A stretch of 56,907 nt of DNA from Eubacteriales bacterium (GCA_030524245.1 JAUNGW010000001.1:1-56907); one strand, 5' to 3'. Counted from the stretch's first letter, positions 27,005-36,753 are shown. Notes: a model not told the origin generated them from the letters alone. Made by a program: numbers and translations.

Positions 27005-27033
27005 ATTTTACAATAGGAAATCTTAAATGTAAA
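27005..27033 (-). promoter_or_regulatory. Internal sigma-A promoter
   Basis: TTTACA-N17-TAAAAT in an AT-rich gap. Confidence 0.62.
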
Positions 27034-27042
27034 GCGCGGTTC

Positions 27043-28047
27043 TTATCCCATCCGGTACTCCGTGTACCGTCTGGCAATGTACTGATCTCTGATATCCCTC
27101 ATGGGCTCCGGCTCTCCGCCGGCAAAGCAGGATAAGTGATTTTTTACCATATCATAGCCTGCCATACAGGAGAATGCCACGCCGCCGGCAAACCGGGGAT
27201 TGCACTCCAGAAACCAGTACTCCGTCTCTCCCTCCGGCAGCCACCGCTCTATAAATTCCATGTTTACGCAGCCACGCACCTTCAGAATCTCCGCCGCCCG
27301 CCGGCAGGCTGCCTCCAGCTCTTCGCTGCGGAACACCTGCACCGAGGTTCCGGCCCCGTTTAAGGTGCGCAGAAGCTCCCGCCGCGGAAGACAGACGCAG
27401 GATCCCGTCTCCGGGCTCCGCACCACATCCGCCGTCACCACACGGCCCTCCAGCCGTTCCTGTACCAGAAACCGGTTTTCCCGTCCCCTGCACTCCGCAG
27501 CCGCAGCCTCCAGCTGCCCTTTGTCCTCCACAATCCGCAGCCCCTGGCTGCTGCGCCCGTCCACCGGCTTGACAACCAGCGGAAAGTCCATATCCGGGTT
27601 CTCCAAAAATACGGAAAGCAGCTTCCCGGGAATCGTCCGGCAGGCCTGATACTCCTCCAGAAGGGCCGCCGCCTTTACCTTGCTGCGGCAGGCGGCTATA
27701 GCCTCCGGCTCCGATATGCAGACCACGGCGCCCAGACCCTCGTATTCCTCCGGCCGCTCCAGACGCCACTGCTGAAGCACGTCAATCTCCACATCGGTCA
27801 GCGGCAGCAGATAATCCACCCGCTCCCGTCGGCAGGTCTCCATGAGAAACCTCCGGTAAGCCTCCGGCTCCGAGGCCCTGGGCGCCTGAAAAAAAAGCTC
27901 CGTATCCAGGGAATTGGCCACCCACTCCGCCGGATAAATATCACAGCCGATGACCCGAAAGCCCTGTCCTTTGCAGGAGCGGATCACCGCCTCCGCTGCA
28001 AAGGATCCGATTGCCGTCACCAGCACGGTTTTTCTGTTCTCTGACAT
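27043..28047 (-). CDS. ATP-grasp domain protein (carbamoyl-phosphate-synthase-like/PylC-like)
   Basis: VLVTAIG, PLVVKPVDGRSSQG, VQERLEG and LECNPRFAGG motifs. Confidence 0.86.
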   Translation of the reverse strand: MSENRKTVLVTAIGSFAAEAVIRSCKGQGFRVIGCDIYPAEWVANSLDTELFFQAPRASEPEAYRRFLMETCRRERVDYLLPLTDVEIDVLQQWRLERPEEYEGLGAVVCISEPEAIAACRSKVKAAALLEEYQACRTIPGKLLSVFLENPDMDFPLVVKPVDGRSSQGLRIVEDKGQLEAAAAECRGRENRFLVQERLEGRVVTADVVRSPETGSCVCLPRRELLRTLNGAGTSVQVFRSEELEAACRRAAEILKVRGCVNMEFIERWLPEGETEYWFLECNPRFAGGVAFSCMAGYDMVKNHLSCFAGGEPEPMRDIRDQYIARRYTEYRMG

Positions 28048-28050
28048 ATC

Positions 28051-29526
28051 CTATCTTCCTTTCTGCCCTTCTGTTTTTCGTCCTGCCCGCTCTGCGGCCA
28101 GGTTCTTTAAATAGCAGAAGCTCTCCAGCCTGCAGGCCCAGGCCAGGCCCACATAAACTGCAGCGCCGCAGAGAATCTGCAGCGCCAGCTTAAGCCACAC
28201 GGACATGGACGGGAGCCATGCTCCAAAAGCCATCACAACGCCGCACATGACTGCCGACAGAAACGCCGGCGGCATCACGTCCATCCACTGATGAAGGATT
28301 CTGTAGCCCAGCAGTCTCCTGTTGGGGGCCGCATTGACAAAGGTGCACAGAAAATCCTGAAAGGCCTTGATGCACACCATGACAAACACATTGAACTGCA
28401 TTCCGATTACCAGCGCCAGCAGGCTTAAAGCCTTTTTGATCATCTCCAGCTTCAGGAAGATATCGCTGCGTCCCACCGCATTGATGGCCTGCAGGTTTGT
28501 AATATGAATCGGCCAGAAGCAGTAGGACACGCACATAATCCGCAGAAACGGCACGCACACCATCCACTGCTCTCCCAAAAGCGCCAGCACCAGAGTGTCC
28601 GCCACGGCGAACAGCCCCATCAGCATGGGAAGGACCACAAAGGAGCTTAAGCGGATGGCCCGCCGCACCATATCACGCACCAGATCCCGGTTCTCCTGAT
28701 TCGCCGCGAAAGCCGGGAGAAGCACCGCCTGAATGGCTGCTCCCAGGTTTGTGGCGATCAGCTTCGGAAACTGCTCTCCTCTGGTATAGCTTCCTAAAAG
28801 CTCCTCATTATAGATTTTTCCGATCAGAAGACCGTACAGGTTATTGAAAACCGTGTCCAGCAGCGAGGCGCAGAGAAGCTTCCAGCCAAAGGCGAACATC
28901 TCCCGCACCCTGCTTAAGGAAAAGCAGGCCGCCGGACGCCAGGAAACCGCGAAAAACAGCACGGTCATCAGGCTTACATAGTAGCAGATCTGCTGCCCCG
29001 CCATAGCCCAGACTCCCAGTCCTCCGTACGCCATGGCAATGCTGACGGCCCCTGAAAACACAGAGGCGGCAAGCGTAGAGATAAACAGCCCCTTAAATTC
29101 CATTTTCCGTGAAACATAGGCGGTCTGCACGGAAATCACCGCCCCCGGAAACAGTACAGTTCCCAGAACACGCACAATGGGGTTCAGCACCGGAAGCCGG
29201 TAAAACGACGCAATGGCCGGCGCCGCCGCGTATAAAACCACATACATCACGCCGGCCGCCGCCAGCTCAAAATAGCAGACAGAGGAAAAATCCACCGCGT
29301 CCGCCTGCCTTTTCTGCACCAGCGCCGTGGAAAATCCGCTCTGAACGAATACATTGGCAATCACGATAAAAATCATGATGATTCCCACCACGCCGTACTC
29401 TGACGGGGTCAGCAGCCGGGCCAGCAGGATCGTAATCACAAACTGGACGCCCTGGGCGCCGCCATTTTCCAGAAGCTTCCAAAACAGCCCCTTTGCCACC
29501 TTCTGCTTCATCTCTGTCTCAGCCAC
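28051..29526 (-). CDS. Wzx flippase (WzxC-like)
   Basis: LARLLTPSEYG, GFSTALVQ and FGWKLL motifs; GTG start after AGGAG. Confidence 0.9.
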   Translation of the reverse strand: MAETEMKQKVAKGLFWKLLENGGAQGVQFVITILLARLLTPSEYGVVGIIMIFIVIANVFVQSGFSTALVQKRQADAVDFSSVCYFELAAAGVMYVVLYAAAPAIASFYRLPVLNPIVRVLGTVLFPGAVISVQTAYVSRKMEFKGLFISTLAASVFSGAVSIAMAYGGLGVWAMAGQQICYYVSLMTVLFFAVSWRPAACFSLSRVREMFAFGWKLLCASLLDTVFNNLYGLLIGKIYNEELLGSYTRGEQFPKLIATNLGAAIQAVLLPAFAANQENRDLVRDMVRRAIRLSSFVVLPMLMGLFAVADTLVLALLGEQWMVCVPFLRIMCVSYCFWPIHITNLQAINAVGRSDIFLKLEMIKKALSLLALVIGMQFNVFVMVCIKAFQDFLCTFVNAAPNRRLLGYRILHQWMDVMPPAFLSAVMCGVVMAFGAWLPSMSVWLKLALQILCGAAVYVGLAWACRLESFCYLKNLAAERAGRKTEGQKGR

Positions 29527-29539
29527 AATCCATCTCCTG

Positions 29540-30550
29540 TCACTGTTTTTTCTGCCTTCCCGCGCTTCTGTGGAATCCGCGGTACAGCGCCGCATACAGC
29601 CGCGGAGCCCCTGTTTCCAGACGGATGAAACACCGCGTTCTCAGATTCAGCTCCCGGTAAAATTCTCTGTTTTTCCGGTCAAGAACAGCCCTGTACTGCT
29701 TTGTGTTGACCTTCGTTAAAAAAAGCAGCCGCCGGACGGCATGCTCCACCACCGGATGAAAGCGGCCGCCGGTCTCCCGGTCAAAGCCCATATACATCCG
29801 CTTCATGGCCGCTGCGTAAGCCTTCTGCTTTTCCTCGTAATCGCCCTGCTTCATAAGCGTGGTCCAAGAGGACACGCCGCCCAGCCGGTACACACACATG
29901 GGCCGGTCTATATACCAGGCCCAGCCCGCGGCCGCCGCCATCAGCTGCAGCGGAATATCCGCAATAGGCGCCTGCTCGTAAAACTCCGGCAGGCGGCTCA
30001 CCAGCTCCCGGCGAAACAGCAGGGAGGCTGTGGGATAGCCGGAGGTCTTGTCGATGATCTCCTCCGGCGAAACCCGGCGGGAGCCTCTGTAGGGGCGCAT
30101 GCGCCGCTCCGTAAGCGCCCTTCCCTGCACCTCGATCCTGGCGCTGTGAAAGCAGAGCGAACAGCCTGGATTCGCCTCCATAAAATCCACCTGACGCTGA
30201 AGCTTGTTCTCGTCCGTCCAGTAGTCGTCTCCCTCGCACATGGCGATATACCGGCCTCTTGCCCGCGGAAAATTATAGGTTCCGCTCACACTTGTCAGCC
30301 CCTTTGCGTACTGATTTTCCTTCTGAAGAATGGGAAATATCCTGTCCGGGAACCGGTCCGCATACTCCCGGATCACCTGAGCCGTACCATCTGTGGACGC
30401 GTCATCGTGAATCAGAATTTCAAAGGGAAAGCTGGTTTTCTGACGCAAAAAACCCTCCAGCGCATCCCGGATATACGGCTCCTGATTATAAGTGATGCAG
30501 CAAATGCTGACCATCATCGTCTCCTCTTGTCTCACCATCTTATCTCCCAT
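29540..30550 (-). CDS. GT2 glycosyltransferase
   Basis: CITYNQEPYI, HDDASTD and CEGDDYW motifs. Confidence 0.9.
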   Translation of the reverse strand: MGDKMVRQEETMMVSICCITYNQEPYIRDALEGFLRQKTSFPFEILIHDDASTDGTAQVIREYADRFPDRIFPILQKENQYAKGLTSVSGTYNFPRARGRYIAMCEGDDYWTDENKLQRQVDFMEANPGCSLCFHSARIEVQGRALTERRMRPYRGSRRVSPEEIIDKTSGYPTASLLFRRELVSRLPEFYEQAPIADIPLQLMAAAAGWAWYIDRPMCVYRLGGVSSWTTLMKQGDYEEKQKAYAAAMKRMYMGFDRETGGRFHPVVEHAVRRLLFLTKVNTKQYRAVLDRKNREFYRELNLRTRCFIRLETGAPRLYAALYRGFHRSAGRQKKQ

Positions 30551-30602
30551 TCATTTCCACATCCATAACAATATTCTTACGTTTTTCTTTCCATTGCCTT
30601 TT

Positions 30603-30631
30603 ATTTTACAATATCGCCCATAAATTGTAAA
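30603..30631 (-). promoter_or_regulatory. Sigma-A promoter of the polysaccharide operon
   Basis: TTTACA-N17-TAAAAT. Confidence 0.65.
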
Positions 30632-30718
30632 TCTCATATGGAATTTTCCACGTATTTGTGTTAGATTATCATAGTAAACGGATAGAATCCGTATTTTTAC
30701 AGTATTTGCAGTAGGAGG

Positions 30719-32380
30719 ATGAATTTTATGTACCGACATACAAAAGCAGGACTTGCCGTTCTCTTAAGCGGCGCAATGCTTTTTGGATCCGCCTCCGGTG
30801 CCTGGGCATCGGAAACGGTTGTTCTAAGAGGTCCAGGCGCCGAAGCGGAGGCCCTGGCTTCAGTTCCCCAGGAATCATCCGGAAGCCCTGTCCTTGACGC
30901 ATCAGGAAGCAGAGAGGCAGACGATCTTTCCAGAACCACCGGTCCAGGCGCCGTCACTGCACCGTCCACGGACGCCCCGGCCGGCGCTCCCGGACAGAGC
31001 ACAGACACCGCCGCTCCGGACAGCAGCGCTCCGGCCGGGACGCCTCAGACAGAGGAGAGCGCCCAGCAGGGCGGCGAGCTGACGGAGGAGCAGGCAGCCC
31101 AGCTTGAGGCTGAGCAGGCTGAGGCTCAGCAGGAGGCTGAGGAAAGCCAGGCCAACAATCCGCTGACCGTCCCCAAAAGAAGCCCCAGGCTTCAGACCAC
31201 CGCGCTTTTACTGAGCACGCAGAACTGGTCCGTTCCTTATGTCAATGATCAGACCGCGGAGAGCGGCGGCCTCGGCTTCAGCTCTCTGTCCACCTTCCTG
31301 GAAAGCATTCACGGAGATGTGCTTTACCGCACCTATTCCGCTGCCAACGGCTGGTCTGACTGGGTGCTGAACGGACAGCAGACGCCCGGCGGCTCAAGCT
31401 GGGTTCCGGTGGAAGCCATCCAGTACCGCTTTAAAGGGCCTGTTGCCGACCAGTATGACATCTATTACTGCGCCACATTAAACGACGGCACCCAGACCGG
31501 ATGGGCGAAGAACGGACAGACCGCGGGCGCCATGAACCAGGGGCTTTACATGACCGGCTTCCGCCTTGCCTGGTATCCGAAGGGCTCCGATACCGGCCTT
31601 GACACCTCCAACACGGTAAAGGCCGCCCATGCAGACGGCGTACAGGCTGTGGACGGCGTGCTCCGCTACATTCACGGCGGCGACGGCTCCAACTTCACCG
31701 GCTGGGGCTGGGTTGAAAACAACCAGTATTACTTCGTCGATTCCATGCCGGTAACCGGCTGGCAGTATATCGACGGCTACAAGTACTACTTTGCGGAGGA
31801 CGGACGTCTTGTGACGGATGTGGAGTCTCTGCTTCCCGCAGGCGGCCCCTATATGTTAAAGGTCAACAAGGAGATGAACTGCCTGACGGTTTACGCCAAA
31901 GACGGCGCAAACGGCTTCATCATCCCGGTAAAGTCATTCCTCACCTCCGTGGGAGACGACACTCCCGTCGGCACCTTCCGCACGCCGGAGAAGTACCGCT
32001 GGAGACTGATGATCCACGACCTTTACACCCAGTATGCGACACGCCTCGGCCCCGGCATGCCGATCCTGCTTCACTCGATCATTTACGATAAGGCCAATCC
32101 CTTCACCGTATGGGCGAGCACCTACAATAACCTTGGCATTGCCCGGTCTGCCGGATGCATCCGTCTTGCCACCATCGATGCCAAGTGGATTTACGACAAC
32201 TGCGCCATCGGAACCACGGTTCAGGTTTACAACAGCTCTGACCCCGGCCCCTTTGAGCGCCCCACTATTATGTATGAGATCCCCTTTGAGCAGACCTGGG
32301 ATCCCACAGACCCCAACGTAACACAGGATATGATCAATGCGGAAACCCAGCGGATCATTGCCAAATTCAATGCCCAGTAA
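30719..32380 (+). CDS. Secreted L,D-transpeptidase (YkuD domain) with ChW-like and cell-wall-binding repeats
   Basis: Signal peptide (AWA), low-complexity linker, GWSDWV.NG/GWAKNG repeats, TGWQYIDGYKYYF repeat, TPVGTF, LHS...SAGCIRL. Confidence 0.88.
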   Translation: MNFMYRHTKAGLAVLLSGAMLFGSASGAWASETVVLRGPGAEAEALASVPQESSGSPVLDASGSREADDLSRTTGPGAVTAPSTDAPAGAPGQSTDTAAPDSSAPAGTPQTEESAQQGGELTEEQAAQLEAEQAEAQQEAEESQANNPLTVPKRSPRLQTTALLLSTQNWSVPYVNDQTAESGGLGFSSLSTFLESIHGDVLYRTYSAANGWSDWVLNGQQTPGGSSWVPVEAIQYRFKGPVADQYDIYYCATLNDGTQTGWAKNGQTAGAMNQGLYMTGFRLAWYPKGSDTGLDTSNTVKAAHADGVQAVDGVLRYIHGGDGSNFTGWGWVENNQYYFVDSMPVTGWQYIDGYKYYFAEDGRLVTDVESLLPAGGPYMLKVNKEMNCLTVYAKDGANGFIIPVKSFLTSVGDDTPVGTFRTPEKYRWRLMIHDLYTQYATRLGPGMPILLHSIIYDKANPFTVWASTYNNLGIARSAGCIRLATIDAKWIYDNCAIGTTVQVYNSSDPGPFERPTIMYEIPFEQTWDPTDPNVTQDMINAETQRIIAKFNAQ

Positions 32381-32390
32381 ACAGACATGA

Positions 32391-32436
32391 AAGAAAAGGG
32401 CGGCTGTCCAAAATTCCCGACAGCTGCCCTTTTCTT
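32391..32436. terminator. Bidirectional intrinsic terminator
   Basis: AAGAAAAGGGCGGCTGTC...GACAGCTGCCCTTTTCTT. Confidence 0.85.
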
Positions 32437-32460
32437 ATTCTTACTTCTTATTCAGTTCCA

Positions 32461-33363
32461 TTAATCTCCTGATCCGGTCAGCCCTGCAAAAAGCCCGGCC
32501 GCCCGGATCTCCATCCGGATGCCCCAGAACCAGAGCCTGGCAAACAGCTCCTTCCCCGGTCCGGCAAAAAGATAATGTCTCATATAATAAAGCTCGCTTT
32601 CCTCCCGCAGCCGCTGTCTTGCCAGGCTGCTTTTGTAGGATCTGCTGATAGACACGGAATGATCGTGCCGGTAGCTGCAGTCTTCCAGAAGAACCGTGCG
32701 AAAGCCCGCCGCCTTCAGCCTCCGGGCCAGCACGGCCTCCTCCTGATAAAGGAAAATCCCTTCATCATAGCCGCCGCACTGTAAAAACCGTTCTGCATCC
32801 ACCATCAGCATAGAGCCGTGAACCGCATCCACATAAGCTGCCCGCTTTCCCTTGAAATACCAGTCCGGATATTCCAGAAACCGCCTGAAAAGCCGCCTGC
32901 TCACCGGCCCCATGGACAACAGCTCCCCGGCATATCCCCGCAGCGGCCAGCCATTTCTCTGTGCCCTGTACTGTCCGTCCTTCATGGACGCCGCGGCCGC
33001 AGCCACCTCCTGCCGTCTCTGAAACATGGAAAGCAGCCGCCTTAAGCAGTCCTCGGAAAAGCTCACATCGGGATTCGCGATCACCACATGGGTAGCCTGA
33101 TCCTCCTCCACTGCCCATCGGACTCCCGCGTTGTTTCCGGCGCCATAGCCGCCGTTTTTATCAAGCAGCAGCGCCTTCACCCGGGGGAGCTCCTCCTCCA
33201 GGGCCTTAAGCTTCTGCCTGGAATCGTCCCGGGAGCCGTTGTCCACCGCCACGATCCGGTGAATCACCCGGAAGCCTTCTATCTGCCGGATCAGCCGGAC
33301 CGCCGTATCCGCATCCTGGTAATTTAAAATCACACAGTCCAAACGCATTTCATCCAGCTTCAT
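32461..33363 (-). CDS. GT2 glycosyltransferase (WbbL/GlfT-like)
   Basis: VILNY, VDNGSRD, NGGYGAGNN, ANPDV and FLYQEE motifs. Confidence 0.87.
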   Translation of the reverse strand: MKLDEMRLDCVILNYQDADTAVRLIRQIEGFRVIHRIVAVDNGSRDDSRQKLKALEEELPRVKALLLDKNGGYGAGNNAGVRWAVEEDQATHVVIANPDVSFSEDCLRRLLSMFQRRQEVAAAAASMKDGQYRAQRNGWPLRGYAGELLSMGPVSRRLFRRFLEYPDWYFKGKRAAYVDAVHGSMLMVDAERFLQCGGYDEGIFLYQEEAVLARRLKAAGFRTVLLEDCSYRHDHSVSISRSYKSSLARQRLREESELYYMRHYLFAGPGKELFARLWFWGIRMEIRAAGLFAGLTGSGD

Positions 33364-34370
33364 CCCTGTTTTTTCTCCCCGCCTGCCTTCCTTCCAGAGC
33401 GCCTGTGCTTCTCCCCCGCGTGAGGCATGGTTACGCACATGGCTGCCGTCTGGAGCCTGGAGCTTTTAAAGAACCGGTTCCGCACAATATTCTGAAGCCG
33501 TCCTGCCGCAGACTGATACGGAAGCGCCAGAAAAGCATTAAGAATCATCCGCTGCCGTCCGTCCATCCGTTCCCCAAACTGCCGGCCGAAGGCTCTGGCC
33601 TGGCGGATCATCCGGCGGTAGTTCTCCTCCACCTGCCTCCCCTTAAAAAGCCGCTCTCTGATATCCTCCGCGCTGCCGGTGCGCTTCGCTCCCAGCACGT
33701 TGCCGTCATGCTGCCGGTACTGATAAAGCGGCTCATTGATGTAATCGATCACGCCAAAGCAGGAAGCAGTCATGGCCAGCCACCAGTCATGCATAAAGCA
33801 GGCCCTGGGCAGATTATCCGCCAGAGAAAGCAGCGCCCGGTTCATCATCACCGCGCCGCCCGTCACCGGATTCTCCACCAGAAGCTCCGCAAATGACGTC
33901 CTCTCCGGATTGCATTTCGCATACTGGAAAAAGCTTTCGTGAATCCTGTTTAACTGCTCGTCCACCACCTCCATGTCTGAATGCAGCAGAACCGGACACT
34001 GGCTTCCCAGCCCCTTCTCCAGCTGCCGCATACGGCGGACCATGAGCTTTACCTTGTTGTTGAACCATACATCATCCTGATCACTGAGCATGACATACTC
34101 TGCCCTGCCGTCCTTTGCCGCCAGGGACAAAAGCCACGCAAAATTGCCGGCCGCCCCCGGAAAGCTGTCCCGAAGCTCCTTCGCCCTGTGATGTAAAAAT
34201 ATCTGTTTGGGATACCACTGGCGGTACTGCTCCAAAAGCTCCCGGCTCCCATCGTCAGAACCGTCGTCGGATATCCAGAGCTGCACGGGAACCGTCTGCG
34301 CCAAAATGGAATCCAGCTGCTGCTCCAGATACCGTTTTCCCTGATATACTGCCATCAATACTGTAATCAT
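33360..34370 (-). CDS. GT2 glycosyltransferase (RgpB-like rhamnosyltransferase)
   Basis: MAVYQG..YL.QQLDSI, SDQDDVW, MHDWW and YRQHDGNVLG motifs. Confidence 0.87.
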   Translation of the reverse strand: MITVLMAVYQGKRYLEQQLDSILAQTVPVQLWISDDGSDDGSRELLEQYRQWYPKQIFLHHRAKELRDSFPGAAGNFAWLLSLAAKDGRAEYVMLSDQDDVWFNNKVKLMVRRMRQLEKGLGSQCPVLLHSDMEVVDEQLNRIHESFFQYAKCNPERTSFAELLVENPVTGGAVMMNRALLSLADNLPRACFMHDWWLAMTASCFGVIDYINEPLYQYRQHDGNVLGAKRTGSAEDIRERLFKGRQVEENYRRMIRQARAFGRQFGERMDGRQRMILNAFLALPYQSAAGRLQNIVRNRFFKSSRLQTAAMCVTMPHAGEKHRRSGRKAGGEKKQG

Positions 34371-34383
34371 ACTGTTCTGCTCC

Positions 34384-35406
34384 TCACTCATCCTGCTCTG
34401 TACGGCATGCTGTGTTCGCTTTTTTCCGGTTCTCCACAACCTTCATGCCAAATTTTCTGCTGATCCTCATCCTGGCCGCCGGGCACACTGCCGTCAGATA
34501 ATCCATGGCGTGATAGGCCAGCATATACCCCCGTCGTCCCGGCTCTCTTTTTGTACCGGCCCACTCCGTCTGCGCCAGATACCTGTCATAGGCCAGCCGG
34601 TAATGGTTTAAATTGCCCGCGATCCACGGCCGCTCGTCTCCCATATAATGGACAATGGCGGGATGCTTCCTGGCGTCGGCCAGCTGCTGCCTCGTCACCG
34701 CCCGGTAGCTGCCGGAGCAGCGGACCAGAGCTTTATAAGAAAAATACCGGTAATTCGTAAAAAAGTTATAACGGGGCTTCAGTGAAAAAATCCGCCCCTT
34801 CAGGCAGCCGTTGATCACATCCTGATCACTGGCAAACAGCGTCCCGCCCTTTTGTCTCCAGAATTCCAACAGCTCCTCCTGAACCCGCTCCCGGCGCCAC
34901 TGCGTCAGGTCAACCAGCAGCACGCCGGAATTATAGTACGGATCCGCCGGCCCCAGACCAATAGCCTCCTTCACCTCCGGATATATGGTCGGCTCCATCA
35001 CCGCTCCGAGCACACAGCCCTCCAGCCGTGTGCGCCACAGGCCTCTTAAGGACTGAAGCACTACGGTGTCGCAGTCCAGGTACAGCACCCGCTCCAGACT
35101 TTCCGGCAGCGCCTCCCCCATAAACAGACGCAGCATAATGCTGATATCATAGCCTCCGGTATCCGCCGTGCTTCCCAGGCGCCCCTCCATATCTTCCATC
35201 TCCACAAATGCCAGCGGCCGTTCATATCTCTGCGCAATATGCAGAAGCCTCTGCCTGTTTTCCTCTGAAATTCCCATGGACAGCACATGCACCCGGATCT
35301 CAGGGAAATCCTGATTTCTGTCAAACAGAGAACACATAGATACCCCCAAATGCCGCGCATAGCCGTCATTTGATGCGTAAACCACTTCCAGTCTGTCTTC
35401 TCTCAC
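34384..35406 (-). CDS. GT8 glycosyltransferase
   Basis: VLYLDCD, YYNSGVLLVDL, DQDVIN and IVHY...RPW motifs. Confidence 0.92.
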   Translation of the reverse strand: MREDRLEVVYASNDGYARHLGVSMCSLFDRNQDFPEIRVHVLSMGISEENRQRLLHIAQRYERPLAFVEMEDMEGRLGSTADTGGYDISIMLRLFMGEALPESLERVLYLDCDTVVLQSLRGLWRTRLEGCVLGAVMEPTIYPEVKEAIGLGPADPYYNSGVLLVDLTQWRRERVQEELLEFWRQKGGTLFASDQDVINGCLKGRIFSLKPRYNFFTNYRYFSYKALVRCSGSYRAVTRQQLADARKHPAIVHYMGDERPWIAGNLNHYRLAYDRYLAQTEWAGTKREPGRRGYMLAYHAMDYLTAVCPAARMRISRKFGMKVVENRKKANTACRTEQDE

Positions 35407-35446
35407 GTCTTTGCTCTCCCGCTTTCCCTTTTGCTTACTTTTTCCT

Positions 35447-36559
35447 TTAACGGATCACTGCGGCAGCCTTATCAAGGGCTGCCCCAATCACCTTGTCCAT
35501 ATCATAATACCTGTATTCTGCCAGCCGTCCGCCGAAAATCACCTGCGGCTCCTTTTGAGCCAGGGCCGCGTATTTCTGATACAGGACCTGGTTTTTCTCA
35601 TCATTTACCGGATAGTAGGCCTCCATGCCCTCCTTCCAGTCCGCCGGGTACTCTCTGGTAACCACGGTTTTCGGCTGAGTGCCAAACTCAAAATGCTTAT
35701 GCTCGATCACTCTGGTATAGGGCGTCTCCCTGTCCGTATAATTCACCACAGCCACGCCCTGATGGTTCTCCTCGTCCAGCACCTCTGTCTCAAAACGGAG
35801 GCTGCGGTACTCCAGGCGGCCGAACTGATACTGATAATAGGCATCGATCATTCCCGTGTACACCACGGTCTCTCCCAGGCTGTCATAATATGCCTTGTTG
35901 GCAAGGTAATCCGTCCCCGTCTCAATATCGCAGCCCTCAAACAGCTTGTCAATGATCACATTATATCCCCCGATGGGAATTCCCTGATACCGGTCGTTAA
36001 AATAATTGTTGTCATAGGTGAAGCGCACCGGAAGCCGCCTGATGATAAAGGCCGGAAGCTCCCTGCAGTCTCTGCCCCACTGCTTCTCCGTGTAGCCCTT
36101 CACCAGCTTCTCATAAATATCCGTTCCCACCAGGCTGACTGCCTGCTCTTCCAGATTCTTCGGCTCCGCCGGAGCTGCCTGCCGCTGCCGGTCGATGATG
36201 GCCTTCGCCTCCGCCGGCGTGCTGATTCCCCACATCCTGCTGAAGGTATTCATATTAAACGGCATATTGTAGATCTCGCCCTTGTAATTCGCCACCGGGC
36301 TGTTTGTATACCGGTTAAACTCTGCCAGCCCGTTAACAAAATCCCAGACGCGCCGGTCGCTGGTATGAAAAATATGAGCTCCATACCGGTGCACATGGAT
36401 TCCCTCCACGTCCTCACAGTAGACGTTTCCGCCGATGTGGCTGCGCTTCTCCACCACCAGACAGGTCTTTCCCCGTTTTCTCGCCTCATATGCCCAGACG
36501 CCGGCGTAAAGGCCGCTGCCTGCCAGAATATAGTCGTATTTCTTTTTCATGTCTGCCAT
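35447..36559 (-). CDS. glf: UDP-galactopyranose mutase
   Basis: GSGLY FAD motif, HRYGAHIFHT, YTEKQWG and GRLAEYRYYDMD motifs. Confidence 0.97.
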   Translation of the reverse strand: MADMKKKYDYILAGSGLYAGVWAYEARKRGKTCLVVEKRSHIGGNVYCEDVEGIHVHRYGAHIFHTSDRRVWDFVNGLAEFNRYTNSPVANYKGEIYNMPFNMNTFSRMWGISTPAEAKAIIDRQRQAAPAEPKNLEEQAVSLVGTDIYEKLVKGYTEKQWGRDCRELPAFIIRRLPVRFTYDNNYFNDRYQGIPIGGYNVIIDKLFEGCDIETGTDYLANKAYYDSLGETVVYTGMIDAYYQYQFGRLEYRSLRFETEVLDEENHQGVAVVNYTDRETPYTRVIEHKHFEFGTQPKTVVTREYPADWKEGMEAYYPVNDEKNQVLYQKYAALAQKEPQVIFGGRLAEYRYYDMDKVIGAALDKAAAVIR

Positions 36560-36606
36560 CCTTTTCCTGAATTACGTTCGCCGCCCTTTGCGGCCGTCTT
36601 CTTCTA

Positions 36607-36635
36607 ACTATACTATAATCAGGCGGAAAAGTAAA
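36607..36635 (-). promoter_or_regulatory. Sigma-A promoter of the glf operon
   Basis: TTTACT-N17-TATAGT. Confidence 0.55.
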
Positions 36636-36679
36636 CGTGAAGCGTTCTTCTGTCACCGGATGTCGTTTTCTATATACAG

Positions 36680-36720
36680 AAAAACGGATATCCCGAACCG
36701 CGCTCCGTTCAGAATATCCG
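36680..36720 (-). terminator. Terminator after glutamine synthetase
   Basis: CGGATAT...ATATCCG stem followed by a U-tract on the minus strand. Confidence 0.65.
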
Positions 36721-36753
36721 CCTTTTATTATGATCCGCAGTCAGAAACTGCCT

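Noticed and set aside
30880-31160. Repetitive-looking Ala/Glu/Gln/Pro-coding DNA
   Set aside because: Low-complexity linker of the L,D-transpeptidase, not a DNA repeat array.
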